From: the human T2T-CHM13v2.0 reference genome, Homo sapiens
NCBI RefSeq assembly: GCF_009914755.1
Contig: NC_060936.1
Reading direction: 5' to 3' (one strand)
DNA: 64,000 nt
Position 1 is the stretch's first letter; each line of letters begins with the position of its first letter. Shown one piece after another: positions 17,139-33,560 of the stretch. Both the position numbers and the translations under genes were made by a program. A model generated the notes under the pieces. It was not told the DNA's origin, did not search any database, and saw only the letters and a list, made by a program, of their open reading frames with translations.

Positions 17139-18920
17139 TTGATTTATAGTTTTATTCTGTTGTGATCAGAGAAGATGCTAGACATTATTTCAATTTTTTT
17201 AATGTTTTAAGATTTGTTTTGTGACTCAACATATGATCTATCCTTGAGAAAGATCCATGTGCTGAGGAAAAGAATGTGTATTCTGCAGCCATTGGGTGAA
17301 ATGTTCTGTAAATATTTATTAGATCCTTCTGGTCTATAGTGTATATTAAGTCTGATGTTTATTTGTTGATTTTATGTCTGGAAGTTCTGTCCAGTGTTGA
17401 AAGTGGGGTGAAGTCTCTAGCTATTATTGTATTGGAGTCTATCTCTCTCTTTATCTCTAATAATATTTGCTTTATATATCTGGGTTTTTCAGTATTGGGC
17501 ACATATATATTTTAAACTGTTATAACCTCTTGCTGAATTGACCCCTTTATCATTATATAGTGACCTTCTTTGTCTCTTCTTATAGATTTTCTCTTGAAAT
17601 CTATTTTGTCTGATATAAGTATAGCTCTGCCTGCTCTTCTCTTGGTTTCCATTGGCATATAATATCTTTTTCCATCCCTTTATTTTTAGTCTATGTATGT
17701 TTTTATTCATGAAGTGTGTTTCAGCCACTCTATGTCTTTTGATTGGAGAGTTTAGTCCATTTGCATTCAATATTATTATTTATAACTAAGAACTGACTTC
17801 TGCCATTTTATGTTTTTTTTTGTGGTCTTCTCTTTGTTCTTTCTTTTCTTTCTGTCTTCCTTTTAGTGAAGATTATTTTCTCTGCTGATATGATTTAGTT
17901 TCTTGCTTTTTATTTTTTGTGTATCCATTATCTGTTTTCTTATTCTGAGGTTATCATGAGGCTTGCAAATACTATCTTATAACCTATTATTTTAAGATGA
18001 TAACAACTTAACATTGTGGTATAAACAACCTAACAAGCAAAAAGAAAACTAATAAAGACTCTGTGCCTTAACTTTGTCCCCAACTTTTTCACATTTTGTT
18101 GTTTCTATTTATATCTTATTGTACTGTCTGTGTCATGAAAAGTTGTTGTAGTTATTATTTTGGATTGGTTCATCCTTTAGTCCTTCTACGTAAGAGTAGC
18201 TTAAACACCATTGTTACAGTGTTATAATGTTCTGTGTTTTTCTGTATATTTACTATTACCAGTGAATTTTGTATCTTCAGATGACTTCTTTTTGCTCATC
18301 AACATCCTTTTTCTTTCTGATTGAAGTTCTCCTTTTAGCATTTCTCACAGGACAGATCTGGTGTTGAAATCCCTCAGCTTCCGATTGTCTGAAAAAGTCT
18401 TTATTTCTCCTTCATGTTCGAAGAATATTTTTGCTGGTTATACTATTCTAGTGTAAACGTTTTTGTTGTTTTTCTCTTCAGCACTTTAAATATGTTATGC
18501 CACTCTATCCTGGCCTGTAATGTTTCCACTGAAAAGTCTGCTGCCAGGCATATTGGAGCTCCATTGTAGGTTATTTCTTTTCTCTTACTGCTTTTAGAAT
18601 TCTTTCTTTGTCCTTGATCTTTGGGAGTTTGATTATTAAATACCTTGACGTAGTCTTCTTTGGGTTAAATCTGCTTGGTGTTCTATAAGCTTCTTATACT
18701 TGCATATTGCTATCTTTTTTAGGTTTGGGAAGTCCTTTTTAATTATCCCTTTGAATAAACTTTCTACCCCTCTCTCTTTCTCTACCTCCTCTTTGAGGCC
18801 AATAACTCTTAGAATTGCCCTTTCAAGTCTATTTTCTAGTTCCTATAAGTGTGCTTCATAGTTTTTTATTCTTTTTTTCTTCTGTCTCTTCTGACAGTGT
18901 ATTTTCAAATAGCTTGGCTT
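17139..18920 (-). mobile_element. L1MA ORF1 3' part, inter-ORF and ORF2 endonuclease region (right piece of the inverted duplicate)
   Basis: ORF 17489-17770 has the EN motif NGLNSPIKRHR. 17139-18458 is the reverse complement of ~49135-50430. Confidence 0.88.
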
Positions 18921-19162
18921 CAGTTTCTTTATTCACTCATTGATTGATGGCCATTTGGGTTGGCTCCACGTTTTCGCAAGTGCCAATTGTGGTGCTATAA
19001 ATACGGAAGTGCAAGTATCTTGTTTGTATAACGACTTCTTTTCCTCTGGGTATGTACCCAGTAGTGGAATTGCTGGATCAAATGGTAGTTCTACTTTAGT
19101 TCTTTAAGAAATCTCCACACTGTTTTCCATAGTGGTTGTGCTAGTTTACATTCCCACCAGCA
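18921..19162 (-). mobile_element. Old L1PA (about PA13-16) ORF2 C-terminal fragment
   Basis: gacttcttttcctctggg...ggatcaaatggtagttctac...aatctccacactgttttccatagtgg is typical of older L1PA 3' regions. Confidence 0.7.
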
Positions 19163-20067
19163 TGAGCTCTATCAATGGCTTTAGGCGCAAATATAAGACT
19201 GTGTTGAGCCCAACGAACACCAGTGTAAAAACACAGGCAGGGAGAGGCCTCAACCCTGTCTTTTCTTCCTCCCTGGTAACCATGCATATAACAAATTTGA
19301 AGTTAGGATTTGTTGTTAGGGTTGCTCACTGTTGATGAACAATCCTATCATTGTTTGATGATAGCAACGGGCGTCAATGAAGGGTACAGTTCACCAAAGG
19401 CAGATTATTCTTAAGAATTCCATGATGCTGTTTACTAAATGAAACTGTTTTAATTATTCTCTTGACAATTTGAAGTGTAAACAAATTTAGGCTGGTAAAT
19501 AGAAACATCTCCCTTGTGTGCAAATGAGAGAATGGAAGAAATTGGGAGAATGCTAAGGATACTAAGGCCCTGAGGTTCCAGTTATGTCTTTTGTAAGTGC
19601 AGGACACCTCCAACTTTCACTAGGAACAGAAAAGAGAGTACTAGGGTGGATGACATAGTGTCTGAAGTGACGCTGGGTTGTTTGTTTGAGACCATGTGTG
19701 TGAGAAAGATGTGAAAAACCAGACATCTGAGATAGAATAAGAAAATTCATGCATTGTTAGGAAACTGAACTCTAAGAACCCTATGGTCAGATATGGACTA
19801 GTCTGCAGTAGAAGAAAGACAACTTAGACATCTTTATTTTCTTGAAATTTTCTTCAGCTGTTCTATTATTCTTAGTGTTTATTGTTGTACTGTTTGCTTC
19901 TGTTTCTCCCTTAGTTTTCTGAGTAAATACTTCTACAATTCAGAGTCAGCCATACTCAATAGTGAGTAAATACTATTACACCACTACTATATAGCTATTA
20001 TTTACCATGATTCCTATATGTGTTAAATACTTTACATATATTATCTCATTTTATTCTTATAATGATG

Positions 20068-22535
20068 TGATATGGCTTGGATATTTGTCCCCTCCAAATG
20101 TGTTGAATTGTAATCCCCAGTGTGGATGAGGGGCCTAGTGGGAGGTGATGGGATCATGGGGATTGGTCCCTCGTGAATGGTTTAGCAGCATCCCCTTGGT
20201 GACAAGTTGGTTCTTGCTTGGTTAGTTCACATGACATCTGGTTGTTTAAAAGAGTGTGGCACCTCCTCCCTTGCCATCTTGCTTCCACTCTCACTGTGTG
20301 ACATGCTGACTCTGCATCACCTTCCACCATGATTGTAAGTTCCCTGAAGCCCTCACCAGAAGCAGATGCCAGCACCATGCTTCCTGTACAGGCTGCAGAA
20401 TTGTGAGCCAACTTAAATCCCTTTTATTTATAAACTACCCAGTCTTAAGTATTTCTTTATAGCAATGTAAGAGTGGCTTAATACAGAAAATGGGTACTGA
20501 GAAGTGGGGTGTTTCTATAAAGATACCTGAAAACGTAGAAGCAACTGTGGAACTGGGTAACGGGCAGAGGTTAGAGGGGTTTGGAGGGCTCAGAAGATAG
20601 AAAGATTAGGGAAAGTTTGGAACTTCTTAGAGACCACTTAAATGGTTGTGACCAAAATACTGATAGTGATATGGACAGTGAAGTCCAGTCTGAGAAGGTC
20701 TCAGATGGAAATGAGGGACTTTTCAGGAACTGGAGCAAAGGTCACCTTTGTTATGCCTTAGCAAAGAACTTGACTGCATGGTGTCCATGTCCTAGGGATC
20801 CGTGGAAGTTTGAACTTAAGAGTGATGACTTAGAGTATCTGTTGGAAGAAATTTCTAAGTAGCAAAACGGTCAATATGTTGCCTGGCTGCTTCTAACATC
20901 CTACTTTCAGATGTGAAAGCAAAGAAATGACTTAAAATTGGAACATATATTTTAAAAAGAAGCACAGCCTAGAAGTTTGGAAAATTCACAGCCTAGCCAT
21001 GTGGCAGAAAAGAAAAGCCCATTTTCAGGGGAAGAACACAAGTGGACTGCAGAACAACAACTTGCTAGAGAGATTTGTATGACTGACAGATAGCCAGGTA
21101 CTGATAGCCAAGACAATAGGGAAAAGGCCTGGAAGGCATTTCAGAGACTTATGAGGCAGCTCTTCCTATCAGAGGCCCAGAGATCTAGAGTAAAGAATGG
21201 TTTAATGGGCCAGGCTTGGAATGCCAAAGCCCTGCATCACCTGGGGGTGCTTCTCCCCTCATTTCTGCAGCTCCAGCTTCAGCCATGGCTCAAAGTGCCC
21301 CAGATACAGCTTAGGCCACTGCTCCAGAGGGCACAAGCTATTTATTCCTTGGCAGCTTCCACATGATGTTAAGCCTGCAGGTGCACAGAATCCAAAAGTA
21401 AAGGAGGCTTGGCAAATTCCACCTAGATTTCAGAGGATGTATCAGAAAGCCTCCTAGGCTTCTGCCTAACCCCTAACTCAGGTAGAAGCCTGCCACATGG
21501 GAGGAGCTTCCACAAGAACCTCTACTAGGGCAACACCAAGGGGAAATATGAAGTTGGAGCCCTGACACAGAGTTCCAACTGAAGCACTGCCTGGTGGAGC
21601 TGTGGGAAGGGGGCTGATGCCCTCTAGACCCCAGAATGGTAGAGCTACTGGCAGCTTGCCCTCTGTGCCTAGAAAAGCCACAAGCACTCAACTCCAACCC
21701 ATGAAGGCAGCTGCAGGGGCTGCACCCGGCAAAGCCATGGAGGCAGAGCTGCCCAAGGCCTTAGGAGTCCACCCATTATACAGTGTGCCCTGGATGGAGG
21801 ACATGGAGTCAAAGGAGATTATTTTGGAGCTTTAAAATTTAATGACTGCCCTGCTGGGTTTCAGACTTGCATGGGGCTATTGGCACTTTCTTTTAGGCAA
21901 CTTTTCCCTTTGGGAATGGGAATGTTTACCCAATGCCTGTACCACCATTGTATCTGGGAAGTAAATAACTTGTTTTGATTTTGTAGTCTCATAGGTAGAA
22001 GGAGACAAGTCTCAGATGAGACTTAGGACTTTAAACTTGATGTTGGAATGAGTTAAGACTTTGGGGGACTGTTGGGAAGAGATTATTGTGTTTTGCAATG
22101 TGAGAAGGACATGAAATTTGGGAGTTCAGGGGCAGAATGATATGGTTTGGATATTTGTCCCCACCCTAGTGCAAGACGTGGGGCCTGGTAGAAGATGACT
22201 GGATCACAAAGACAGATCACTCATGATTGGTTTAGCACCATCTCTTTGGTGATAAGTTCTCATTCAGTTAGTTCACATGATATCTGGTTGTTTAAAAGTG
22301 TATAGCACCCCCTGCCCACCTTGCTCTCTTGCTCCCACTCTTGCCATGGGAGATGCCTGCTTCCCCTTTGCCTTCCACCATGATTGTAAGTTCCCTGAGG
22401 CCCTCACCAGAAGCAGATACTGGTACCATGCTTTCTGTGCAGCCTGCAAAACCGTGAACCAATTCAACCTCTTTTATTTATAAATTACCCAGTCTCTGAT
22501 ATTTATTTATAGCAATGCAAGAACAGCCTAATATA
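20068..22535 (+). mobile_element. Complete MaLR provirus (MSTB-like): LTR 20068-20485, internal region, LTR 22138-22535, inserted in a MIR
   Basis: Two similar LTRs starting tgatatgg. TSD tgatg at 20063-20067 and 22536-22540. MIR halves on both flanks. Confidence 0.9.
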
Positions 22536-23570
22536 TGATGTATTATTGTCTGCCTTTCACAAATGAGGCAATCGATGCCTTTAGCAGTCAGATAATTGTC
22601 CAAAGCCACACAGCTGTAAAGTAGCAGAACCAGGACCAGAGTTCAGTTTTGTCTGACTTCAGAGGCTGCATTCTCAATCATTATATTATACCATTCCCTG
22701 CAAAATACTGAGCGCCATCGTTTACAAGGCAATTGAATAGATACTCTATAATATATAAACATGTTTCAGGCATGCTCCTTGGTCTTCTGGAATTTATTAT
22801 TTAGATGAAACTATAGTAGCTGCGAATAAAAAATAAATATAGTGCATGACAGAATGTGATAAGAACCAAAGGAATAGTTTTTTCAAAGGCTCAAATAAGG
22901 GAAGCAATTACTTTGACTGTTGTAGTTAGAAAGACTTTATAGAAGAGGTGACATGAGTGGGCCTCAAAGGTTGGATAGAACTTTGAAAGGTAGAGAACAG
23001 GAAGGAAAGCATTTGTTAACTAATTTCTTTATGCATGCATTCAATCAATCAACAAATACACATATTAAGTGTGTGCAGTGGCTAGGCAGTGTTGTATGTA
23101 CTTTTCTGGCATGCATCAAAATGCAGGGATGAAAGTACAAGCAGATACAGCAAAGATGAACTAATTGGCTGAGGCAAGAGATGGCATGGGTGGGGAGTGC
23201 CAAGTAGAGCCAGAGAGACAGGAAAGACCAGACTGTGGAGAGCCTTGAACACCAGGCCTAGGAGTTGAATGCATTCCCAGTATGCATTATGTAACCATGT
23301 GTTTGTTCCTAGTGGATCAATAATTAGACGAATTATAGGATACTAAAAGAAACTTTTGCTAGCCCACTCCATTCTTTGGTTGGTGGCTCTAGAGGCAATC
23401 TCTTTAAAAGGCTCTGCAGTACATTAATACTACAAGCAATCATTTGCACATTATGGGAAAGGTCCTCTTTGTTAGTTCAGTAGGAGTAAAATTCATTCTG
23501 CTGTTATTAGTAATAGATAGGATGGAGTAAATGCTGAGCAGCCTTAACAAATCATGTTTAAAAGTACACC

Positions 23571-23722
23571 CAGGGCCCACTTTATGGGCCTGTGACCTGT
23601 ACAGTCATAGGTGGCTCAGTGCTCAGCAGAGCCCCATGCTTGGTTTAATGATCTGTTGTTGCTGCCTTGAAATCCTTAGTAATTTTTAACAAGGGGTCCC
23701 GTAAATTCTATAACTAGTTCTG
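23571..23722. mobile_element. MER91-like hAT DNA transposon
   Basis: cagggcc...tgtgacctgtacagtc...ttggtttaatgatctgttgttgctgccttgaaatcctt. Confidence 0.5.
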
Positions 23723-23919
23723 AGTAGACCAGTTTTAAAATTGGCCCCTTAGGATAGGAGACAAATTACCTCAGCAAATGAAAACTAAATTTAGTTATTT
23801 AGGAAATTAAGGTAAATGACATTCCTGAAAAATAAAAGATCTGAAAGATTTTGTTCTCGTATCAATGTGAAATGATTTTTAGCTTCAGTCACCATGGGGA
23901 TTTCTTTTTTCAAAAAAGT

Positions 23920-24232
23920 ATTTTTATTTATTTATTTATTTATTTATTTTTTGAGACGGAGTCTCGCTCTGTCACCCAGGCTGGAGTGCAGTGGTGCGAT
24001 CTCGGCTCACTGCAAGCTCTGCCACCCAGGTCCACGCCATTCTCCTGCCTTAGCCTCATGAGTAGCTGGGACTACAGGCACCCACTACCACACCCGGCTA
24101 ATGTTTTATATTTTTAGTAGAGACAGGGTTTCACTGTGTTAGCCAGGATGGTCTCGATCTCCTGACCTCGTGATCCACCCACCTTGGCCTCCCAAAATGC
24201 TGGGATTACAGGCATGAGCTACCATTCCCAAC
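23920..24232 (-). mobile_element. AluY inserted in the A-tail of an older Alu
   Basis: AluY diagnostics (tgcaagctc, cacgccattctcc, ttagccaggatgg); TSD ttttcaaaaaa. Confidence 0.88.
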
Positions 24233-24244
24233 CTTTTCAAAAAA

Positions 24245-24541
<297 letters not shown>

Positions 24542-24599
24542 TCAACCAAGTGGATTTCTATAAAGGTAGGAAAGGTGGAGGTGGCATGAATGGAGACCA

Positions 24600-24790
24600 G
24601 AGGTTCCTCCCCTAGGTTTTGGAGCCAGATACGTTTCAGTGCAAATCAGGGATCCTCCATTGATTTGCTATGAGAACTTATGTAAAATAACTTCATAGGT
24701 TTCAATCTCTTCTTCTGTAAAATGGGGATAGAAAGAGCATTGTCATAAGAATATGACATAAATTAGGTACTCAAAAACTTACATCTATTA
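24600..24790 (+). mobile_element. MIR fragment
   Basis: ttttggagccaga...ctgtaaaatggggata. Confidence 0.55.
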
Positions 24791-25334
24791 TTTAATCATC
24801 CATCTTATTAACTTTAATCATTTGAACATTATGGGAAAGGTCCTTTAGTGCTAAAAAGAAAAAGTATTTCCCCTTCCATTATATTCAGAGTATTGTGATT
24901 TAATTTTATTTGATGCAAATGGCTAAGTTGTATCTATTTGTGAGACTGTTTAAATGATTTGATGGCATACAAGAATGTTTTTATATTCTTTCCAAAGCAT
25001 CAATATAAATTAAAATCCTGTTGGGGAAACCTATGTGTGTACAGAAATCCATCATTTTCATAGTGTCACTAGTCAAATGAAGACCATATACAGATAATAC
25101 CAATCAACAAAAAATCCAAACTCACAACATTGAAACCTGCAGGGTTACACTGGGGAGGAGGGGAAGGAATGAAAAAGGGAGAGAGTTGAGAATATTAACA
25201 AAAATACCATGTGACATGAAGTAGAGGCAGTAAGACAATGGAAAATTAGAGGTTGCAGACTTAGAACAAAGACCTGAAAATCAAAACAAAAAGCAAAAAA
25301 CCCCTCAGAGCTACTGTGCTAGCATATTTCCTTC

Positions 25335-25398
25335 CTCTCTTCCTCCCTCTCCCAATCCATCCATCCCTCCATCCCTCCCTCCCTCCCTCCCTTCCTTC
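25335..25398. repeat. CCCT/CCAT pyrimidine-rich microsatellite
   Basis: Directly visible. Confidence 0.8.
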
Positions 25399-28261
25399 TG
25401 CCAGATAACTTTAGGGAAAAAAACAGCTATACTGCTTTATTTCTTTACTGCTCACTCGCATTTCCCATTGTGCTATGCTTTCTTCCCTTGCAGGTAAGTC
25501 ACGCCTGCTCTCAGGGTCACAGTGTCCTCCTAGTAGATCCATCTAATGACTTTAATCCTCAGTCTCCTTCTGCAGCACTGACATGATTAATCCCTCTTCT
25601 GTTTGCACTTTCTCCTCTGTTTGTGTATATCGCTCTTTCTTGTTTTTCTCCTCTAAATTCTCGTCCAACTCCCCGACCTCCTGTCTTTCTCCAAATTCAG
25701 AGAATCCCTCTGGTCAGTCCTTGGCCTTTTCTCTGTTTGTTTTCCTTTCTTATTTCAGTAACTTCACTCCTTTTCTTATCTTCAACCATTACATCTTTTT
25801 GACTCTAAAATCTCTGATTATACGTGTCTCCTAAGCTCTAGTCTAACAATTCCAATTGCCTACTACAAGTTCCAGATTTTTCCAACCCTTCTCAGCTGTC
25901 TCTAATTATTAGGTACCTCACTAGAGGCAGCAGAGCCCAATCCAGTCCTAGAATTAATGAGAATTCAGGCTGGCAGGAGATGTCAGCTACTTTGCCTATG
26001 AACAAAGAGGATCTAGAAATAATGCAGTCTTTTAACTTCCCCATGCCTAAAGTCTGAGCACTCTAAAACGGACAGAGCCCTAAGTTGGCCACATATGGTC
26101 ACAACATAACATGCCAGGGAAAGATGAAAAAACTGCAAAATCATGCCCAGAAGGGTGTTCAGCTGGTCCTTTTGCCCAGGTCCGTGATGCCTATTTTGTT
26201 TTTTGCCAGTTCACTAGGAGCAGAATTGGAAGTATCTTTGTTCCCTAGGAAATTGGCAACTTGTAATGGGGAGGATAAAACTGACTTCTTAGCCTAAATC
26301 AATCCTTTTCCTCGCGGCTTGATTTTGATCTTTCACTTTTTTCATCAGGCTCTGAAAATCTTCCCTGATGAGTTAATCTTCACCTACCACATGAGTCTCC
26401 CTGTCTCATGCTATGAGGATCACTTTCGGAGCATCGTGGGACCTGCCTAACTGGACTTGAGTTTGCCTCACCCTGCCCTAGATATCCCTCTAGGGAGACT
26501 CTATCCTTGATGTTCAGAACTTTTATAAACCTACCACTGTTGATTATTACTCAGACCTTGCTTGCCTCTCCCCTCAAGCCTTTTCTCAACTAGCACAGCC
26601 AGTATCAGGACATTTATAATTCAGCTCTTTAGGACAGAACTCAATGCCCCATATTCTCTTGTGTTTACTAGTTCTTCTCCTCATATCACTTTTTCCCAGA
26701 CATCCAATCTCCAAATCATTTGTCTTTGACAAACTTTCTTCTTTGCAACTCTAGAACCCTTTGCCACCTTATTTTATTCCATCTCCATGACAACTCCCAT
26801 CTGTTCCTCCATTACCTAGCTCAAACAAAATATTCATTTTTATCTCTCTTGTTACTTGCCTTGACCCAGCTCATCCTCTAACCAAATTAATCTGTGTGGT
26901 ATCTTTGCCAGTGACCCTTGCCCTCCCCCATCCAGGCCTTTATTCTGACTGTTCTCACAGATGACAACATTTTTCCCACACCGCTTCTGACTCCAAAGTT
27001 GTATTCAGTTTTCAAAGCCAGTTTTCTAATCTGTAAAATGAAATTAATACCCATGTCATGAAGGATTAAATAAATAATGTGAGTAAGGCACTTGAAATAT
27101 AATTATTGTTATTATTAATGTTAATATGATTATCACTCATCTCTTTCATAAAGTATTTTCTGATTCTCCCCAAACTAGAAATAATTCCTCTCTCCTGAAT
27201 ATTCATGGGGGCACACTTGCTATTCCGTCCCCCAGTGTCATCACTTTCTATATTTCATTACCGTTGTTTTTGTGTATGCCTTATCTAATCATAACGGGTC
27301 CTAAGCTCCCTGCGGTCATGGATCGTTTATTGAGCATCTTTATTCCTTCTCCAGTGCACAGAATAGACACCTTGTAAGTATTTGCAAAAAGAAGGAACAA
27401 AATCACCACACTGGTAATTATAGCTTTGGTACAATCTCTACTCACAAATTACATCTTGATGAAATTACAAATTAACAAATCCCATTATACTTACAAATTA
27501 CATAGTGAATCATTCATCTGGAGGGTGATTACCTGGCTCTTTGAGAGGTGTTGGCAGGCTCTAAAAGACAGGCAAAGACCTGAAGAAGGCGTTGCTGCTG
27601 CTCAGAAGTAAGAAACTGGCAAGGCTTTTTGTCCCTGGTGAACTTCTTCACTTCTTATATTGAATTTCTTCCATTCTTTTGACTATAAGATGCACCATTA
27701 TTCTATCAGCTACCAAGAAAAAAAGCCCCAAAATAGGGAGTCTAATAGGAAACTCTGGCATGAAGCTGGGACACCCCACACCCCAAGGGATTTTTATTTT
27801 TCAACCTTTGCAATGAGAGGAGGGAGAAAATAAAAATCTCCTCTGAGATTTTGAACCTCAAGCCATTAGTCACATCAGCATGAGGTCTGAATACACACTA
27901 TTGGTGTGATGAAAAACCTCTAGAAGAGAATTTAATTTGAAGTGGTCTCTGACTGGTAGTGTCCCTAGTTAACTGTTGGAAATAAATGCTTCCATAAGAG
28001 ATTCATTCCAGGGCAACAGCAATGCCATAAAATGCCATTGATTGTACCATGCATCCCAATGTCAGAGGTGTTAAATTGTGAAAAATGTCATCTTAGAACT
28101 AATGCTGTATGTTGCTTCCATTAAAGACAAAGAAAGGTCTGCAAATAGCTCAATGGGGAAGATATAAAATAAAAACAAACCTCTGCTTCTTTGACATTTT
28201 AACCAGGCCAATTGCCTCTTTTCCAGGAACAAGGGAGGCAAGAACCCTAGCTCTATTTTCT

Positions 28262-30396
<2,135 letters not shown>

Positions 30397-31732
30397 CTAA
30401 GTTCAGTAAATAGATTCTGCGCATGTGAGGCATCAGGGTCTGTGCTGATCCCACTTCCCTGTCCTATCATGCCCATGGTGGGAGCATATATGGGGTTGGT
30501 AGCAGGTGGTGAGATTGGGTTTCTCTAATCCCACTGGACTGAATCCTCCTACCTACTAGCACCTTGACTTCACTCCATGGACAGGCTTCTTCCCTTGTTC
30601 ACCTGCCTAGTTGTCCACGTGCTTATTTGTTCTCCTTTCTCCCATTTTGCAGAACACAACAGGAAGCAGCTCATTCATCTAAGAAGACATTCTATGTTAT
30701 AGGGTACACATGTGCACACATGCACACACACACACACTTTAAGAAGATTGTCCAATCATGTTTACACTACTGTGAATAAACTGAAATCCCTAAAATATAG
30801 CATTTACCCTAAATATGAGTTTAAATGACACCTAGGGAGGAGGAGCAAAGGTGATCTGTATACGTGGGTGAAATACTGCAATGACGGTTACTGGGTAAGT
30901 AGAGCTAGTTTAAGGGCTGTAGGTTGGAAAATAGTGGCACCAGTAAGTGAGAATGTGCCAAAAGTAAATTACTCAACTCCATAGCTTTTTTTTCCTGGAG
31001 ATCCTCATAGGAGCAAGTAACCAAATAAAAGTAAAATATGATTTCAATGTGATTTGAGATACAGTCACACAATGTATTACATATGTATGTGAATCAGTTT
31101 AATGCAAAACTATGTAAATGAGGGATCTGTTTAATACTATACTGCTCCTTGATATGAAGATTCACTACCACTGTGTAGACTAGTGCAGATTCAGACTATG
31201 AACCAAAACTTGGCAATTCCCACAGTTGCCATTTGCCAAGTCAGCATTGAATTTTTATGTGCAGCCTGTTACTATAACACAGCATATGCAATCTTGAAAT
31301 TCACTAAAGCAAAATAATGAAAACATCCTTCAAAGACCTGTCTCAGCGATCTTTGCAAATCAAACTCACCTGTAAAGCAGTCAAAATCTAACTTTGGCCT
31401 TAACAGTACAATGAAATCCAAATAAGCAAAATTAAGTTTTAAAATACATGTTGATATTTATAAAATATGATGTGCAATCTATAAATTGACCCAAACCATC
31501 TAACCAAATTAAGCTGATCTAATTTAGGCAGATCTGTTCAGCATCCTGATTCTGTTCTTAGACAAATGAAAACATGGTGGAAAAAGATAGCATTACGCTC
31601 AGAAAAAGCACTAACCTAATCCATGTTATTTTCAACATAACTTCTCCTAAAGGAGGAGTAATTACATATTTTAGTTTTCAAGTTTCTCCTTCCTAGGCTA
31701 TGAGTTATCTGTCAAGTAAGTGTAAATATACA

Positions 31733-32075
31733 CAGTCAGCCCTCTATTTCTGTGCATTTTGCTTCTGTGGATTCACCCAACAGCAGATCAAAAATATATA
31801 TTTTTTAAAATGAATAGTTGCATCTGTACTGAACATGTACAGACTTTTTTCTTACTATTATTACCTAAAAAACACAGTATAACAACTATATATATAGCAT
31901 TTACATTGTATTAGCTATTGTAAGTAATCTAGAGGTAATTTAAAGTATACAGGTGGTATGTGTAGGTTATATGCAAATATCACACCATTTTATATCAGGG
32001 ACTTTAGCATTTAAGGATTCTGGCATCTGCAGAAGGTCCTGGAACCAATCCCCCATGGATACCAAAAGATGACTA
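31733..32075. mobile_element. Tigger3a/MER2-type TcMar DNA transposon
   Basis: Decayed TIRs cagtcagccctc...gatgacta, TA on the right flank. Confidence 0.75.
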
Positions 32076-32129
32076 TACAAGGCATCGACTAATAAATAGG
32101 GCAGGTGCTATCAGTTATCTATAATAATA

Positions 32130-32870
32130 CTAATTGCCTCTTTGACTTCTCTATCTAGGTGTTCTGTATGGCACACTATGCCCCAAACCAAGCTTATTAT
32201 CTTGCTCAATTTCCAAACATCCTGGAGATGTTATCTCCATCTCCCTGTGCTATCTCAGTAAAAACCAACTAAATTGCTCAAGCCAAGAGCTTTGGACTCA
32301 TTCTTGATTCCTCCTTTCCCTCTCTCAGTATACTCAACCAACCACTACATATTATCAAATGCCTCTTGCATCCATCCCCTTCTCTTTTCAACAATACCGG
32401 TATAGACTCCAATCGCATCTCTCCAGAACTACCCAGCGAGCCTCTGAGCAGTTTTCCCCTGCCAGTGCATTCTCTATTGTACCCCACAAATTATCTCAAG
32501 CATAGATGTAATTATTTGGGTTCTCTGATACCCAGAGAAGAAAGTAAAAACTTATTAGATTTGCTAAGGCCCTTCATGATTGGGCCTAAGACAAATTTCA
32601 TTATCATGTGCAACTACTCTCTGCAAGCCCTGTGATCTAACCACAGTAGGCTACTAGACACTTCCCTATGCCACCCAGGCTTTGTTCAGTTTAGTTGTGT
32701 CCTCTGCCTAGAATGCCATGTCCTCTTTTGTCCAATGGAAAACTCCCACTTATCTGTTAAGGTTCAGATCATGCATCATCTCTATTTTGTAGTTTTTCAT
32801 GACCCCCTCTGGCCCCTCCTTCCATCCACCTTTCCATTGATGTTTTCATGTATCTCTATTTCAGTATTGA
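32130..32870 (+). mobile_element. L2 fragment
   Basis: gctcaagccaaga...ttcttgattcctcctttccctc...ctctgcctagaatgcc are L2 3' motifs. Confidence 0.6.
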
Positions 32871-33349
32871 TTCCATTGTTAAGGCAAAACTGATACGCAA
32901 TCATTTGCACTGTGGCCATCCATACCAGCTGTATATAGTCAGTCTCCATTCTGATTGGTGGGTACTTGTTCAGCACAAGTATTAAATATTATGAATAACA
33001 CTCCCAGTTGCTGGCATTATTTCAAATCTATCTTTACCATGATGCTACGAGATTAAGGGCAAGGGCTGTGCTTTATTCATCCTATTTCCAGGGACTGGCA
33101 TAATATCCTCATATAGTTGTACCCTTATATGTTTGATAAAATGAACAAAATATAGACAGTCTTTATAGTAATTCTTTCTAAAACAGAATTACTTTTATCT
33201 AAATAATTGTGAAATTTGCCTGATCTATACCAAAATTATCATCAACCTGTTTAACGATCAAAGCTACACTATGGATTTGGTAAGTTCAGAGGTCAGATAT
33301 AGTAACCTCTAGTTTGGGTAATTTCATGACTTTTCCTTCTTTGAACCTG

Positions 33350-33560
33350 GGTGGGAAAATCCTGGACTTTGAAATCAGACAAACCGGAAATTGAATTGAG
33401 AGCAATCTCTTAAACCTATGAGACTTTGGTAAGCTGTTTAACCTCTCTGAGATCTATTTCTTCCTTTTCAAAATGGGGAAATGGATACCTCCCTTACCGG
33501 GTTGTTAAGAGAACAAGTAAGACCATGTATTTAAGGACATGGCATATAATCCCCCATGAA
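33350..33560 (+). mobile_element. MIR fragment
   Basis: gactttgaaatcagac...tttaacctctctgag...aaaatgggga. Confidence 0.6.

Noticed and set aside
27670-28110. Possible MER104/Tc2-like remnant
   Set aside because: Too decayed to delimit by eye; not listed as a feature
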